From an uncultured Planctomycetales bacterium (GTDB taxonomy: Bacteria; Omnitrophota; Gorgyraeia; Gygaellales; Profunditerraquicolaceae), in assembly GCA_964645795.1 (NCBI GenBank), contig CAZYCL010000002.1, positions 16,352-80,351 on the forward strand: a stretch of DNA of 64,000 nucleotides, given 5' to 3'. Below the pieces are notes generated by a model that did not search any database, was not told where the DNA came from, and saw only the letters and a list, made by a program, of their open reading frames with translations. Position numbers and translations under genes: made by a program. Below, in pieces: positions 10,203-19,495 of the stretch (the first letter of the stretch is position 1; the number at the start of each line of letters is the position of its first letter).

Positions 10203-10265
10203 AGACAAGAAAAACTCGGCCCAGCAGTTTAGGCTCCTTTTAGCCGCTTAAGCTGTGGCCTCATT

Positions 10266-11063
10266 TCACCATCCCATGATCTCTTCGACCCTGGCGCGGA
10301 TATCGGGGCTTTCCATGAAGGCCTGTCCGATAAGCACGGCGCTTACTCCCAGTATCTTTAAAAATAACACATCCTGGCGGCTCTTTAATCCGCTCTCTAC
10401 CACCACCGTCTTATCTTTGGGTATCAGGATATAGAGCCTCTCGGTGGTCTTGGGGTCGACCTCCAAAGTATGCAGGTCGCGGTTATTGATCCCGATCACC
10501 GGCACGCCTTTCAAGGCAAGTATTTTCTTAAGCTCTTTTTCGGCATGGACCTCAACTATATAATCGAGATCCAGGGAGTCGGCAACACTCATAAGCTCGA
10601 CCAGCTGATCCTTGGTAAGGAGGTCGGCGATAAGCAGGATCGCGTCGGCCCCGAAGGCCCGGGATTCGTATACCTGATAAGGATCGAAGATAAAATCTTT
10701 CCTGAGCAACGGCAGCTTTACGGCAGCCTTTATCTCTTCGAGAAAGCCGAGTGACCCTTGAAAATGATCTTCTTCAGTCAAAACCGAGATCGCCTGCACC
10801 TCGGCTTCTTCGTAGATGCGGGCGATATCCAGATGGTTGAAATCCTGGCGGATTATCCCCGCTGAAGGAGAGGCTTTCTTTATCTCGGCAATAAGGGATA
10901 TCTGCCTGGGTTTGGATATCGCCTCCTTAAACGCGCGCGCGGCAGGCAAAAGGCTTATCCTGTCTTTGAGCTGCTCTATCGGCAGGGCCTGCATAGCGGC
11001 TGCCAGCCGCTCCTTTTTCCTGACCACGATCTCTTTAAGCCCGTCTTTTTTGGCCATGATCAA
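10266..11063 (-). CDS. trpC: Indole-3-glycerol phosphate synthase
   Basis: 265 aa; IAEIKKASPSAG and LLIADLL motifs of IGPS. Confidence 0.9.
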   Translation of the reverse strand: MIMAKKDGLKEIVVRKKERLAAAMQALPIEQLKDRISLLPAARAFKEAISKPRQISLIAEIKKASPSAGIIRQDFNHLDIARIYEEAEVQAISVLTEEDHFQGSLGFLEEIKAAVKLPLLRKDFIFDPYQVYESRAFGADAILLIADLLTKDQLVELMSVADSLDLDYIVEVHAEKELKKILALKGVPVIGINNRDLHTLEVDPKTTERLYILIPKDKTVVVESGLKSRQDVLFLKILGVSAVLIGQAFMESPDIRARVEEIMGW

Positions 11064-12079
11064 ACCGTTTCGTTAGAATACTTCTTTAATAGCTCAAGCT
11101 TCTCCATGGCCCTGCCTTTATCTACGGACTCCGCGGCCAAAACTATCCCTTCCCTGATCGAGGCTGCCTTGTCTGCGGCGTATATGGCGCAGGCGGCGTT
11201 AAAGAGCACTATATCGCGGCACGGCCCCTTCTTGCCTTCTAAAACCTGCCTGGCTATAGAAACATTCTCCTCAGTCATGCCGCCGAGAATGTCTTCGGGT
11301 CTTGCCTTCTTGAATCCGAAATCCTGCGCAGATATCGAGTACTCCTTAAAAGACCCGTTTATTACCTCGCAGACTTTGGTCCCGGCGGTAGTCGTTACTT
11401 CATCCAGGCCGTCATCTCCGTGTACGACCATTACATGGCGCGTTCCCAGGTTATGCAGGACCCGCGCCAATACCGCAACCCATTCGGGGCTGTAGACGCC
11501 GATGAGCTGATTGGTCGCCCGCGCGGGGTTGATGAGGGGTCCGAGCATATTAAACATCGTTCGCCTGCCGATTTGTTTGCGCGCCGGCATGACATGCTTC
11601 ATCGCCGGATGCAGGTTGGGCGCGAACAAGAAAGCGATGCCTATCTCTTCCAGACAGCGCTTGATCCTATCTTTATTCATGCTTATATTGACGCCCAGGG
11701 CTTCCAGGATGTCGGCGCTGCCGCATTTACTGGAGACCGAACGGTTGCCGTGTTTGGCGACGGTCACCCCCGCCCCGCTTGCCACAAAAGCGCAGACGGT
11801 AGAGATATTAAAAGTCCCCTTTTTATCGCCGCCTGTCCCGCAGGTATCGAGGATATTGGGCCTGTCCACGATAATAGGTTCGACATACTCAAGCATCACC
11901 CCGACCGCCGCGGTAAGCTCCTCGACCGTCTCGCCTTTATCGTTCAAAAGCGTAAGGAACTCGACGATATCGGCGGTAGAGCCGACGCCGCTGAATATCT
12001 CCTGCATCGCCGCCTGCATATCCGGCCCCTTCAGATCAGCCTTCTGCGCCAGCCGGTTTATCGCTTCTTTTATCTTCAC
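11060..12079 (-). CDS. trpD: Anthranilate phosphoribosyltransferase
   Basis: 339 aa; CGTGGDKKGTFNIST glycine-rich PRPP loop. Confidence 0.9.
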   Translation of the reverse strand: MKIKEAINRLAQKADLKGPDMQAAMQEIFSGVGSTADIVEFLTLLNDKGETVEELTAAVGVMLEYVEPIIVDRPNILDTCGTGGDKKGTFNISTVCAFVASGAGVTVAKHGNRSVSSKCGSADILEALGVNISMNKDRIKRCLEEIGIAFLFAPNLHPAMKHVMPARKQIGRRTMFNMLGPLINPARATNQLIGVYSPEWVAVLARVLHNLGTRHVMVVHGDDGLDEVTTTAGTKVCEVINGSFKEYSISAQDFGFKKARPEDILGGMTEENVSIARQVLEGKKGPCRDIVLFNAACAIYAADKAASIREGIVLAAESVDKGRAMEKLELLKKYSNETV

Positions 12080-12080
12080 G

Positions 12081-12653
12081 CTATCCTTTTATTTTGAGAA
12101 AATTAGCCAACAGGTCCTTGCCGGCAGCAGTCAGTATCGACTCCGGGTGAAACTGCACTCCCCAGACCGCGAAGTCCCTGTGTTTTAGCCCCATTATCTC
12201 TTTATCCGCACGCGTATAGGCAACGACCTTCAGACACGAAGGCAGCCCTTTTCTTGCGACGACCAGCGAATGATACCGCGTGGCCTCAAACGGGTTATCA
12301 ATGCCTTTAAAGATACCTTTTGCGTCATGATAGACAAGCGAGGTCTTGCCATGCATAAGGCTTTTAGCCGATGAGATCTTTGCCCCGAAAACATGGCCTA
12401 TTGCCTGGTGCCCAAGGCAGACGCCTAGTATCGGGACCTTGCCCGAGAACTCCCTTATCAGCTCGCATGAGATCCCGGCATTCTCGGGTCTACCCGGCCC
12501 GGGGGAGATAACTATCTTGGCCGGCTTTAGCCTTGCGGCCTCCTCAACGGTTATCTTATCGTTCCTGACGGTCTTAACCCTGGCGCCCAGCTCTCCCAAA
12601 TACTGCACGAGGTTGTAGGTAAACGAATCGTAATTATCTATCATCAATATCAT
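12081..12653 (-). CDS. trpG: Anthranilate synthase component II / class I glutamine amidotransferase (TrpG/PabA type)
   Basis: GATase catalytic triad context ([10 protein letters not shown], and H with E near the C-terminus). The start is set at the [11 protein letters not shown] Met, which abuts the murA stop. Confidence 0.85.
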   Translation of the reverse strand: MILMIDNYDSFTYNLVQYLGELGARVKTVRNDKITVEEAARLKPAKIVISPGPGRPENAGISCELIREFSGKVPILGVCLGHQAIGHVFGAKISSAKSLMHGKTSLVYHDAKGIFKGIDNPFEATRYHSLVVARKGLPSCLKVVAYTRADKEIMGLKHRDFAVWGVQFHPESILTAAGKDLLANFLKIKG

Positions 12654-12654
12654 G

Positions 12655-13917
12655 CTATTCCTTCTCTCTCCAGATCTTTGCCCCGAGCTTATCAAGCTTA
12701 TCTTCGATATTCTCGTAGCCCCGCTCAAGATGATAGATCCTGGAGATGGAGCTCTTGCCCTTGGCAGCCAGGGCTGCCAGAACTAAACACGCGGATGCGC
12801 GCAGGTCCGAGGCCATGACCGGCGCACCCGAAAGGCCTTTTATCCCCTCGACTATCGCGTGGGGCCCTTCCCTCTGAATATGGGCGCCCATACGGTTAAG
12901 CTCGGCGACATGCATGAACCTGTCGGGGTAGATCTTTTCGCTGATTATGCTTACCCCCGGGGTAACGCTCATCAGGGCCATGAACTGCGCCTGCATATCC
13001 GTGGGAAAACCCGGAAAGGGGAGTGTCGTGATATTTATTGACTTCAACTGTTTCCTGTAAGCCGCGCGCACCCAGTTATCGCCTGTCTTTATAAAAGCCC
13101 CTGCCTCACGCAGCTTGTCGATAAGCGCACCCTGGTGGTCGACGCGGACATTACGGATAGTCACGTCCCCGCGGGTGATGAGCGGGGCGATCATCAGCGT
13201 GCCGGCTTCTATCCTGTCCGGGATGATGGTATGCGCAACACCCTTGAGGCGCTTGACGCCCGTAACCTCGATAAGCGGCGTGCCCTGCCCTTTTATGCGC
13301 GCGCCCATCTTGATAAGGAACTCCGCCAGATCCACTACTTCGGGTTCGCATGCCGCCGACTCTATAATGGTCTTGCCTTCTGCCAGCGTCGCTGCCATCA
13401 TCACGTTATCGGTGGCCAGGACGGAAGAGCCGAATACGCCTCCCAGATAAGTATAACAGCCTTTAAGACGCGGGGCCTTGGCGCTTACGTAGCCGCCTTC
13501 GATGTCGATGTCGGCACCCAGGGCCTTCAGGCCTTTTAAATGCAGGTCAACGGGACGTACGCCGATAACGCAACCGCCGGGAAGGGAAACCTTGGCTTTT
13601 TTGAGCCTTCCCAACAACGGCCCCAGTACGCAGAATGACGCGCGCATGGTTGCGACAAGCTTGTAGTCGGCTACGTGGTTAAGCTTTCCGCAAGAGCTGA
13701 CCTGCGCCACGCCTCTGTTGAACTCGACGGTCTTGCCGAGGGCACGCAGGATCCTAAGCATGGTAAGGGTGTCTCTTAAGTTCGGCACGCCCTTTATCAC
13801 GCAGGGCTCGTCGCTCAACAGCGTCGCCGCCAATATCGGTAAAGCTGAATTCTTGGCTCCCGAAACGACAGCCTCACCTCTTAAAACCACTCCCCCCTCG
13901 ATCACCAATTTGTCCAT
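12655..13917 (-). CDS. murA: UDP-N-acetylglucosamine 1-carboxyvinyltransferase
   Basis: 420 aa EPSP/MurA fold with the active-site Cys in [20 protein letters not shown]. Confidence 0.9.
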   Translation of the reverse strand: MDKLVIEGGVVLRGEAVVSGAKNSALPILAATLLSDEPCVIKGVPNLRDTLTMLRILRALGKTVEFNRGVAQVSSCGKLNHVADYKLVATMRASFCVLGPLLGRLKKAKVSLPGGCVIGVRPVDLHLKGLKALGADIDIEGGYVSAKAPRLKGCYTYLGGVFGSSVLATDNVMMAATLAEGKTIIESAACEPEVVDLAEFLIKMGARIKGQGTPLIEVTGVKRLKGVAHTIIPDRIEAGTLMIAPLITRGDVTIRNVRVDHQGALIDKLREAGAFIKTGDNWVRAAYRKQLKSINITTLPFPGFPTDMQAQFMALMSVTPGVSIISEKIYPDRFMHVAELNRMGAHIQREGPHAIVEGIKGLSGAPVMASDLRASACLVLAALAAKGKSSISRIYHLERGYENIEDKLDKLGAKIWREKE

Positions 13918-13927
13918 TGCCCGTCCC

Positions 13928-14704
13928 TCATTTAGTGGTTTTGGCCCTTAAGGTCAGGACCCTGTCAAGATCATTGTAGTCTTTGAAAACCTTTATCTGT
14001 GCATACTCCGGGTAACTCCGGAAAATAGCGGCCACCTCCTGCGCCTGGTTCCATCCGATCTCCATGGCCAGCAACCCCGCGGGCGCGAGATGAGCCGCAG
14101 CCCCAGCCGCTATGCGACGGTAAAAATCCAGCCCGTCGCTGCCTCCGTCAATTGCCGATACCGGCTCAAAGGCTATCTGTGCACCAAGTCCTGGGATATC
14201 GCCGCTGGCAACATACGGCGGGTTGCTTATGATAAGGTCAAAGGGCGGCTGGGCATCAAGAGAAGCAAAGATATCGCTTCTGATAAAATCAATGGCGGCG
14301 GCGTGCCTTAGCGCATTCCTTGCGGCGGTATCCAGGGCTTGGCGCGAGATATCCACGGCCGTGACTTTAGCGCCTTTAAAATGCCTGGCCAGAACAACGG
14401 CGATGCAACCTGAACCCGTGCCGATATCCAAGATCCTGGAGTACGGGCCCAGCTCCAATGCTTTTTCTATCAATATCTCCGTCTCCGGCCGCGGTATAAG
14501 CACCGAACGACTGACCTCAAACTCCAAACCGAAGAAATCCGCCCTCCCCAGTATGTACTGCAAAGGCTCACCCTCAAGCCTTCTTCTGAACACCGAAGAA
14601 GCAAATGCTGCCTCCTCTTTCGTAAGGGGCAGCTTGCGCCTGGCATAAAGCCCGGCCCGATCGCATTTAAGCATATGACTGAATAACAATTCCGCCTCGT
14701 TCAT
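13928..14704 (-). CDS. prmC: Release-factor glutamine N5-methyltransferase
   Basis: NPPY motif (IISNPPYV) and SAM-binding motif DIGTGSGCIAV. Confidence 0.85.
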   Translation of the reverse strand: MNEAELLFSHMLKCDRAGLYARRKLPLTKEEAAFASSVFRRRLEGEPLQYILGRADFFGLEFEVSRSVLIPRPETEILIEKALELGPYSRILDIGTGSGCIAVVLARHFKGAKVTAVDISRQALDTAARNALRHAAAIDFIRSDIFASLDAQPPFDLIISNPPYVASGDIPGLGAQIAFEPVSAIDGGSDGLDFYRRIAAGAAAHLAPAGLLAMEIGWNQAQEVAAIFRSYPEYAQIKVFKDYNDLDRVLTLRAKTTK

Positions 14705-15768
14705 GATTTCGCCTGCTGTTTTCTCTCTTGCTCGGCCCTGAGCAGCGCATCCGATAATTCATCCAGATCGCCTTCCATGGCCGCCTCCAGCCTATGGGTG
14801 GTAAAGTTTATTCTGTGGTCGGTGATCCTGCGGTCGGGAAAGTTATAAGTGCGGATCTTTTCGCTGCGGTCACCGCTGCCGACCTGGATCTTTCTTTCCT
14901 GCGAGATCTTCTTGGCCTCGGATTCGATCTTGGCTTCCAGGAGCTTGGCGCGCAGTATCCTCATGGCCTTGATCTTGTTCTTGTTCTGGGAACGCTCATC
15001 CTGACAGGCAACAACTACCCCCGAAGACAAATGCGTGATCCTTACTGCCGAATCCGTCTTCTGCATATGCTGGCCGCCGGGGCCGCTGGAGCGGTAGGTC
15101 TCGATTTTGAGATCCTTGGGTTCGATGACCAGATCGATCTCCTGAGGCTCGATAAGTATCGCTACCGTAGCCGTAGAGGTATGGATCCTGCCCTGCGCCT
15201 CGGTCTCCGGCACGCGCTGCACTCGATGCACGCCGCTCTCAAACTTAAGCCTCCTGTAGGCGTCCTTGCCTTTGACGCTGAAAGTCACCTCTTTCAGGCC
15301 CCCGATCTCAGTCTGATTCAGCGACATCGGCTCGATACTCCAGCCTTTTATCCCGGCATACATCGTATACATACGGTAAAGATCGGCGGCAAATAACGCC
15401 GCTTCCTGTCCGCCGGTGCCCTGCCTGATCTCGACGATCACGTCGCGTCCGGCATCCTTGTCTTCGCCGGCCAGGAGCTTTTTTATCTTGTCCTCATTCT
15501 CCGCCCGCCGCGCCTCCAGCTCCACAAGCTCTCTCTTAGCCAGCTCCACAAAATCGCGCTCATGCTTGTCTTTCAATACCAGGCCGAGATCCTCTATCTC
15601 TTTCTCGATCTTTCGCTGCTCGCGAAATAACGAAACCGGCCCTTTAAGATCGGAAAGCTCTTTGGCCAGGCGGTTATACTGCTCCTTGTCGGCAAAGATC
15701 CCGTGGTCTGCGAGCATCCGCTCGATCTCTTCGTAGCGCTTTTCCATTTTCTGGAGTTGATCGGTCAT
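14701..15768 (-). CDS. prfA: Peptide chain release factor 1
   Basis: GGQ motif (SGPGGQHMQKT) and an RF1-type PxT tripeptide, here PET, in RVQRVPETEAQGRIHTS. Confidence 0.9.
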   Translation of the reverse strand: MTDQLQKMEKRYEEIERMLADHGIFADKEQYNRLAKELSDLKGPVSLFREQRKIEKEIEDLGLVLKDKHERDFVELAKRELVELEARRAENEDKIKKLLAGEDKDAGRDVIVEIRQGTGGQEAALFAADLYRMYTMYAGIKGWSIEPMSLNQTEIGGLKEVTFSVKGKDAYRRLKFESGVHRVQRVPETEAQGRIHTSTATVAILIEPQEIDLVIEPKDLKIETYRSSGPGGQHMQKTDSAVRITHLSSGVVVACQDERSQNKNKIKAMRILRAKLLEAKIESEAKKISQERKIQVGSGDRSEKIRTYNFPDRRITDHRINFTTHRLEAAMEGDLDELSDALLRAEQERKQQAKS

Positions 15769-15851
15769 TTAATGAACGCTTGACTGTCTAACACAAAGTG
15801 TGAGTAAGTCGATGCGTGAATTAACCCCGCCATTTTGGCATGGGCATGGTT

Positions 15852-16052
15852 TTATTTCTTGCCGTACTTCCTCATGAATTTATCCACGCGTCCTGCGGAG
15901 TCCACGAACTTCTGCCTGCCGGTAAAGAACGGATGGCACTTGGAGCAGATCTCCACGCGGATGCTGGGTTTGGTAGAGCGCGTGCGAATGGTCTCTCCGC
16001 AGGCGCAGACGACGGTGCTCTCCTTGTAATTCGGATGGATTTTGTCTTTCAT
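15852..16052 (-). CDS. rpmE: 50S ribosomal protein L31
   Basis: 66 aa reading [11 protein letters not shown]...CACGETI...[10 protein letters not shown], the zinc-ribbon form of L31. Confidence 0.9.
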   Translation of the reverse strand: MKDKIHPNYKESTVVCACGETIRTRSTKPSIRVEICSKCHPFFTGRQKFVDSAGRVDKFMRKYGKK

Positions 16053-16176
16053 TACTCTCTCCTGTTTTGATTATTTGACTTTGTCGCCTCTCTCCAGGTC
16101 ACAATGTCACCGGAGACTTGGCGGCCACTTCAGTCCACTGCTTGGGTGACCTGGTGAGACTCAAAATTGATTATCC

Positions 16177-17433
16177 CTATTGATTCATGCTGCCCAGGAA
16201 CTCCTCGTTGTTCTTGGTCTTGCCTAACTTTTCTATCAAGAGCTCCATGGCCTCGACGTTGCTGAGCTCATTAAGCACTTTGCGCAGTATCCAGGTCTTC
16301 TGCAACACGTCGCTCTTTACCAGCAACTCCTCGTGCCGGGTGTTAGAGCGCTTAATATCGATGGCCGGGTAGATCCTTCTCTGAAAAAGGTTCCTGTCCA
16401 GCTGGGTCTCCATGTTGCCGGTACCCTTGAACTCTTCAAAGATGACTTCATCCATGCGGCTTCCGGTATCGACAAGGGCCGTAGCGATGATGGTGAGGCT
16501 GCCCCCTTCATCGATTGCCCGGGCAGCGCCGAAAAACCGCTTGGGCCGTTGCAGGGCGTTGGAGTCGATGCCGCCGGAAAGAACCTTGCCGCTGTGCGGC
16601 ACTACCGAGTTATAGGCCCGGGCCAGACGCGTAATGCTGTCAAGCAGCACTACCACGTCGCGCTTATGCTCGACCAGGCGCTTGGCCTTCTCCAGGACTA
16701 TCTCGGCGACCTGCACGTGGCGCTCAGGCGGCTCATCAAAGGTCGAAGAGATGACTTCGCCCTTGACGTGTCTTTGCATATCGGTGACCTCTTCCGGACG
16801 CTCGTCGATCAAAAGCACTATAAGGGCCACGTCGGGATTGTTTGAGGTGATGGCGTTGGCCAGCTTCTGCAGGAGGACGGTCTTGCCGCTGTAAGGCTGG
16901 GCTACGATCAGGCCGCGCTGCCCCTTGCCGATCGGCGTCAAGAGCTGCATGATCCTCATCGATACCTCCTCGGGCTTGGTCTCCAGGTTAAACGCCTCCC
17001 GGGGATAGACGGGGGTAAGGTTGTCGAAGAGAACTTTTTCTTTGACGTCATCCGGGTTCTCAAAGTTCACCGCCTCAACCTTGAGCAGCGCAAAATACTT
17101 CTCTCCTTCTTTGGGCGGACGGATCTGGCCGCTGACGGTATCCCCGGTGCGCAGGTCGAACTTGCGTATCTGGGAAGGCGAAATGTAAATATCGTCCGGA
17201 CAGGGCAGATAATTGTAATTGGGGCTGCGCAGGAAACCAAACCCTTCGGGCAGTATCTCCAGGACCCCTTCGCCGAACATCAACCCTTCCTTCTCGGCCT
17301 GGGCCTGCAGGATCTTGAATATCAGGTCCTGCTTCTTCATGCCGCTGATGCCGTTGACGTTCATTTCTTTCGCCACCTTGTTAAGTTCGGTGATCTTCAT
17401 GTCTTTAAGATTTCGGATATCCAACTTCTCCAC
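16177..17433 (-). CDS. rho: Transcription termination factor Rho
   Basis: RNA-binding N-terminus ([28 protein letters not shown]), Walker [16 protein letters not shown] and the Q/R loops. The start is set at a GTG preceded by AAGGAGG; the longest ORF reaches 17484. Confidence 0.85.
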   Translation of the reverse strand: MEKLDIRNLKDMKITELNKVAKEMNVNGISGMKKQDLIFKILQAQAEKEGLMFGEGVLEILPEGFGFLRSPNYNYLPCPDDIYISPSQIRKFDLRTGDTVSGQIRPPKEGEKYFALLKVEAVNFENPDDVKEKVLFDNLTPVYPREAFNLETKPEEVSMRIMQLLTPIGKGQRGLIVAQPYSGKTVLLQKLANAITSNNPDVALIVLLIDERPEEVTDMQRHVKGEVISSTFDEPPERHVQVAEIVLEKAKRLVEHKRDVVVLLDSITRLARAYNSVVPHSGKVLSGGIDSNALQRPKRFFGAARAIDEGGSLTIIATALVDTGSRMDEVIFEEFKGTGNMETQLDRNLFQRRIYPAIDIKRSNTRHEELLVKSDVLQKTWILRKVLNELSNVEAMELLIEKLGKTKNNEEFLGSMNQ

Positions 17434-17499
17434 AACTACCTCCTTGACGAGCCGCGCAGCATTATTAGAGCCGCGCAGGGTCACCCCTCCGTGCCTGCC

Positions 17500-18129
17500 T
17501 CAACGGCATAAGAGGGATAACAATTTTTCGAATAACTGCTTCACCTGTTTTCTTGTTTTGCTTATCGGACCGTTGTTGTCTATGATAAAATCCGCGTTAA
17601 GCGCTTTTACGCGTAAAGGCATCTGCGAGCGGATCCTCTCTAAAGCGCCGGCCCTTCCCAAAGCGGGCCTTTTTTTCAGGATGCGGCCTATCTGCAGCTT
17701 TTGACTTGAGACCACGACTACCGTGCGGTCAACCTGCTTATCAAAACCGACTTCGAAAAGCAGAGGCGCATCCACGACGACCAGACCCCGGCCGCCTTCT
17801 CTTATTCTTTTTTTTATGCCCTTGATTATCTCGGGATGAATAAGACGGTTGAGCCTGCTTAAAAGGCCCTTGTTGGCGAAAACATGTCGCCCGAGCCGGC
17901 CGCGGTCTATGGAGCCGTCTGCGGCCAGGAAGTTTCTGCCAAACTGCCTGACTATCCTTTTATGAACTTTGCTGCCGGGAAGCAGCAGGCGGTGCCCGAT
18001 CTCATCGGCGTCAATGACGCGCGCACCCAAAGACCGCAATAACCGCACGACCGTGCTCTTGCCGCTGCCGCAGCCCCCGGTTACGCCGACGACTAAAAGC
18101 GCTTTTTTAGCCGGAGTTGGCTTTCGCAT
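17500..18129 (-). CDS. coaE: Dephospho-CoA kinase
   Basis: P-loop GVTGGCGSGKST at the N-terminus; about 200 aa. Confidence 0.85.
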   Translation of the reverse strand: MRKPTPAKKALLVVGVTGGCGSGKSTVVRLLRSLGARVIDADEIGHRLLLPGSKVHKRIVRQFGRNFLAADGSIDRGRLGRHVFANKGLLSRLNRLIHPEIIKGIKKRIREGGRGLVVVDAPLLFEVGFDKQVDRTVVVVSSQKLQIGRILKKRPALGRAGALERIRSQMPLRVKALNADFIIDNNGPISKTRKQVKQLFEKLLSLLCR

Positions 18130-19495
18130 AAAGCTGTATGTATTTCTTTGCCGATTCTTTCCAGGAAAAATTATAACTCATAGCAAGCCTTACGAGGCTG
18201 GCCCATTTTTCTTTATCCCGCCAAACCTTCGATGCCTTCTGCAGGGTCTTGAGCAGCGCGCTCTGGCGGTACTCCTCAAAGACAAAACCATTCTTTCTGT
18301 TGACGGTGTCGGCAAGCCCGCCGGTCTTAAAGACCAGGGGGATCGTTCCGTACCTGAATGCGATCAGCTGGCCCAGGCCGCAGGGCTCATACTTGGAAGG
18401 CATAAGGAAGATATCGCTGCCGGCGTAGATCTTGTGCGCCAGGGGATCGTCGAAACGGATGTTCAAAGACATGACCTTGGGGTTCCTGCGGCAGGCCTGC
18501 TCCAGGATCTTCTGGTACCTCAGGTCCCCTGAACCCAGGATCACCAACTGCAAACCCATCCTGCAGACATCATCGATAACTTCGGAAAGTATGTCCATCC
18601 CTTTCTGCTCGGCCAGCCTTGAGACTACGCCGACTACGGGCACATTATCCTTGCGGGGCAGCCCCACCGCTTTCTGAAGCTCGGCTTTGCAGAACTGCTT
18701 GTCCTGGAAATTGTCCGCGGAGTAATTCTGGGTGATGAACCTGTCGGTCTGAGGGTTCCATATGGAATAGTCGATGCCGTTAAGGATGCCTGACAGGACG
18801 TTGCTGCGCTTGCGCAGGATCCCATCCAGCCCAAAACCGAACTCCTTGGTCTGGATCTCCATGCTGTAGGTGGGGCTGACGGTATTTATGCGGTCCGAGA
18901 ATACCAGGCCCCCCTTTAATATGTTGACCCTGCCATAAAACTCCAGGCCTTCTACACCGAAAAATTCCCAATCAAGTCCGAGCTTGGGGAATTCGCTCTG
19001 GGCAAACAGCCCCTGATAACCTATGTTATGGACGGTAAGGAGCGTGGAGGTGGATTGAAAAAACGGGTCTTTGGAGTACAGGCTCTTCAGGTATACCGGT
19101 ATGAGAGAAGCCTGCCAGTCATGCACGTGAATGATGTCGGGCTTGAACTTTATCTCTTTTAAAAGCTCCAGGCTTGACCGGCAGAAATAAGAAAACCTGT
19201 CGAGGTTATCGGGATAATCGCCGTTCTTGTCTGTGTAAAGTGCTTCGCGGTTGAAGTACGCCTGGTTCTCGACGAAATACACCGCGATGTTCTTGCCGAT
19301 AAGGGCAGAAGAGAAGTTTCTGCTTACCTTCTTTATCTTGAACCTGGAATCGCTGATGCATTTATACCTGGGCATCACCAGGACAACCTGGTGGCCTTCG
19401 TCCTCCAGGGCCAAAGGTAGCGCTCCGGCAACATCGGCCAGGCCTCCGGTCTTGGCAAAAGGTACTATCTCGGATGCGGCAAAGACTATCTTCAT
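18107..19495 (-). CDS. glgA: Glycogen/starch synthase (GT5)
   Basis: N-terminal KTGGLADV motif and a GT-B C-terminal domain. Confidence 0.85.
   Translation of the reverse strand: MKIVFAASEIVPFAKTGGLADVAGALPLALEDEGHQVVLVMPRYKCISDSRFKIKKVSRNFSSALIGKNIAVYFVENQAYFNREALYTDKNGDYPDNLDRFSYFCRSSLELLKEIKFKPDIIHVHDWQASLIPVYLKSLYSKDPFFQSTSTLLTVHNIGYQGLFAQSEFPKLGLDWEFFGVEGLEFYGRVNILKGGLVFSDRINTVSPTYSMEIQTKEFGFGLDGILRKRSNVLSGILNGIDYSIWNPQTDRFITQNYSADNFQDKQFCKAELQKAVGLPRKDNVPVVGVVSRLAEQKGMDILSEVIDDVCRMGLQLVILGSGDLRYQKILEQACRRNPKVMSLNIRFDDPLAHKIYAGSDIFLMPSKYEPCGLGQLIAFRYGTIPLVFKTGGLADTVNRKNGFVFEEYRQSALLKTLQKASKVWRDKEKWASLVRLAMSYNFSWKESAKKYIQLYAKANSG

Noticed and set aside
14701-15768. RF1 carries PET rather than the common PAT/PVT tripeptide
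   Set aside because: It still fits the P-x-T consensus that defines RF1 stop-codon recognition. I know of no evidence that the middle residue alters specificity, so I do not call it recoding-related.
15769-15851. Near-palindromic GGCATGGGCATGG downstream of rpmE
   Set aside because: Too short and imperfect, with no U-tract; not convincingly a terminator.
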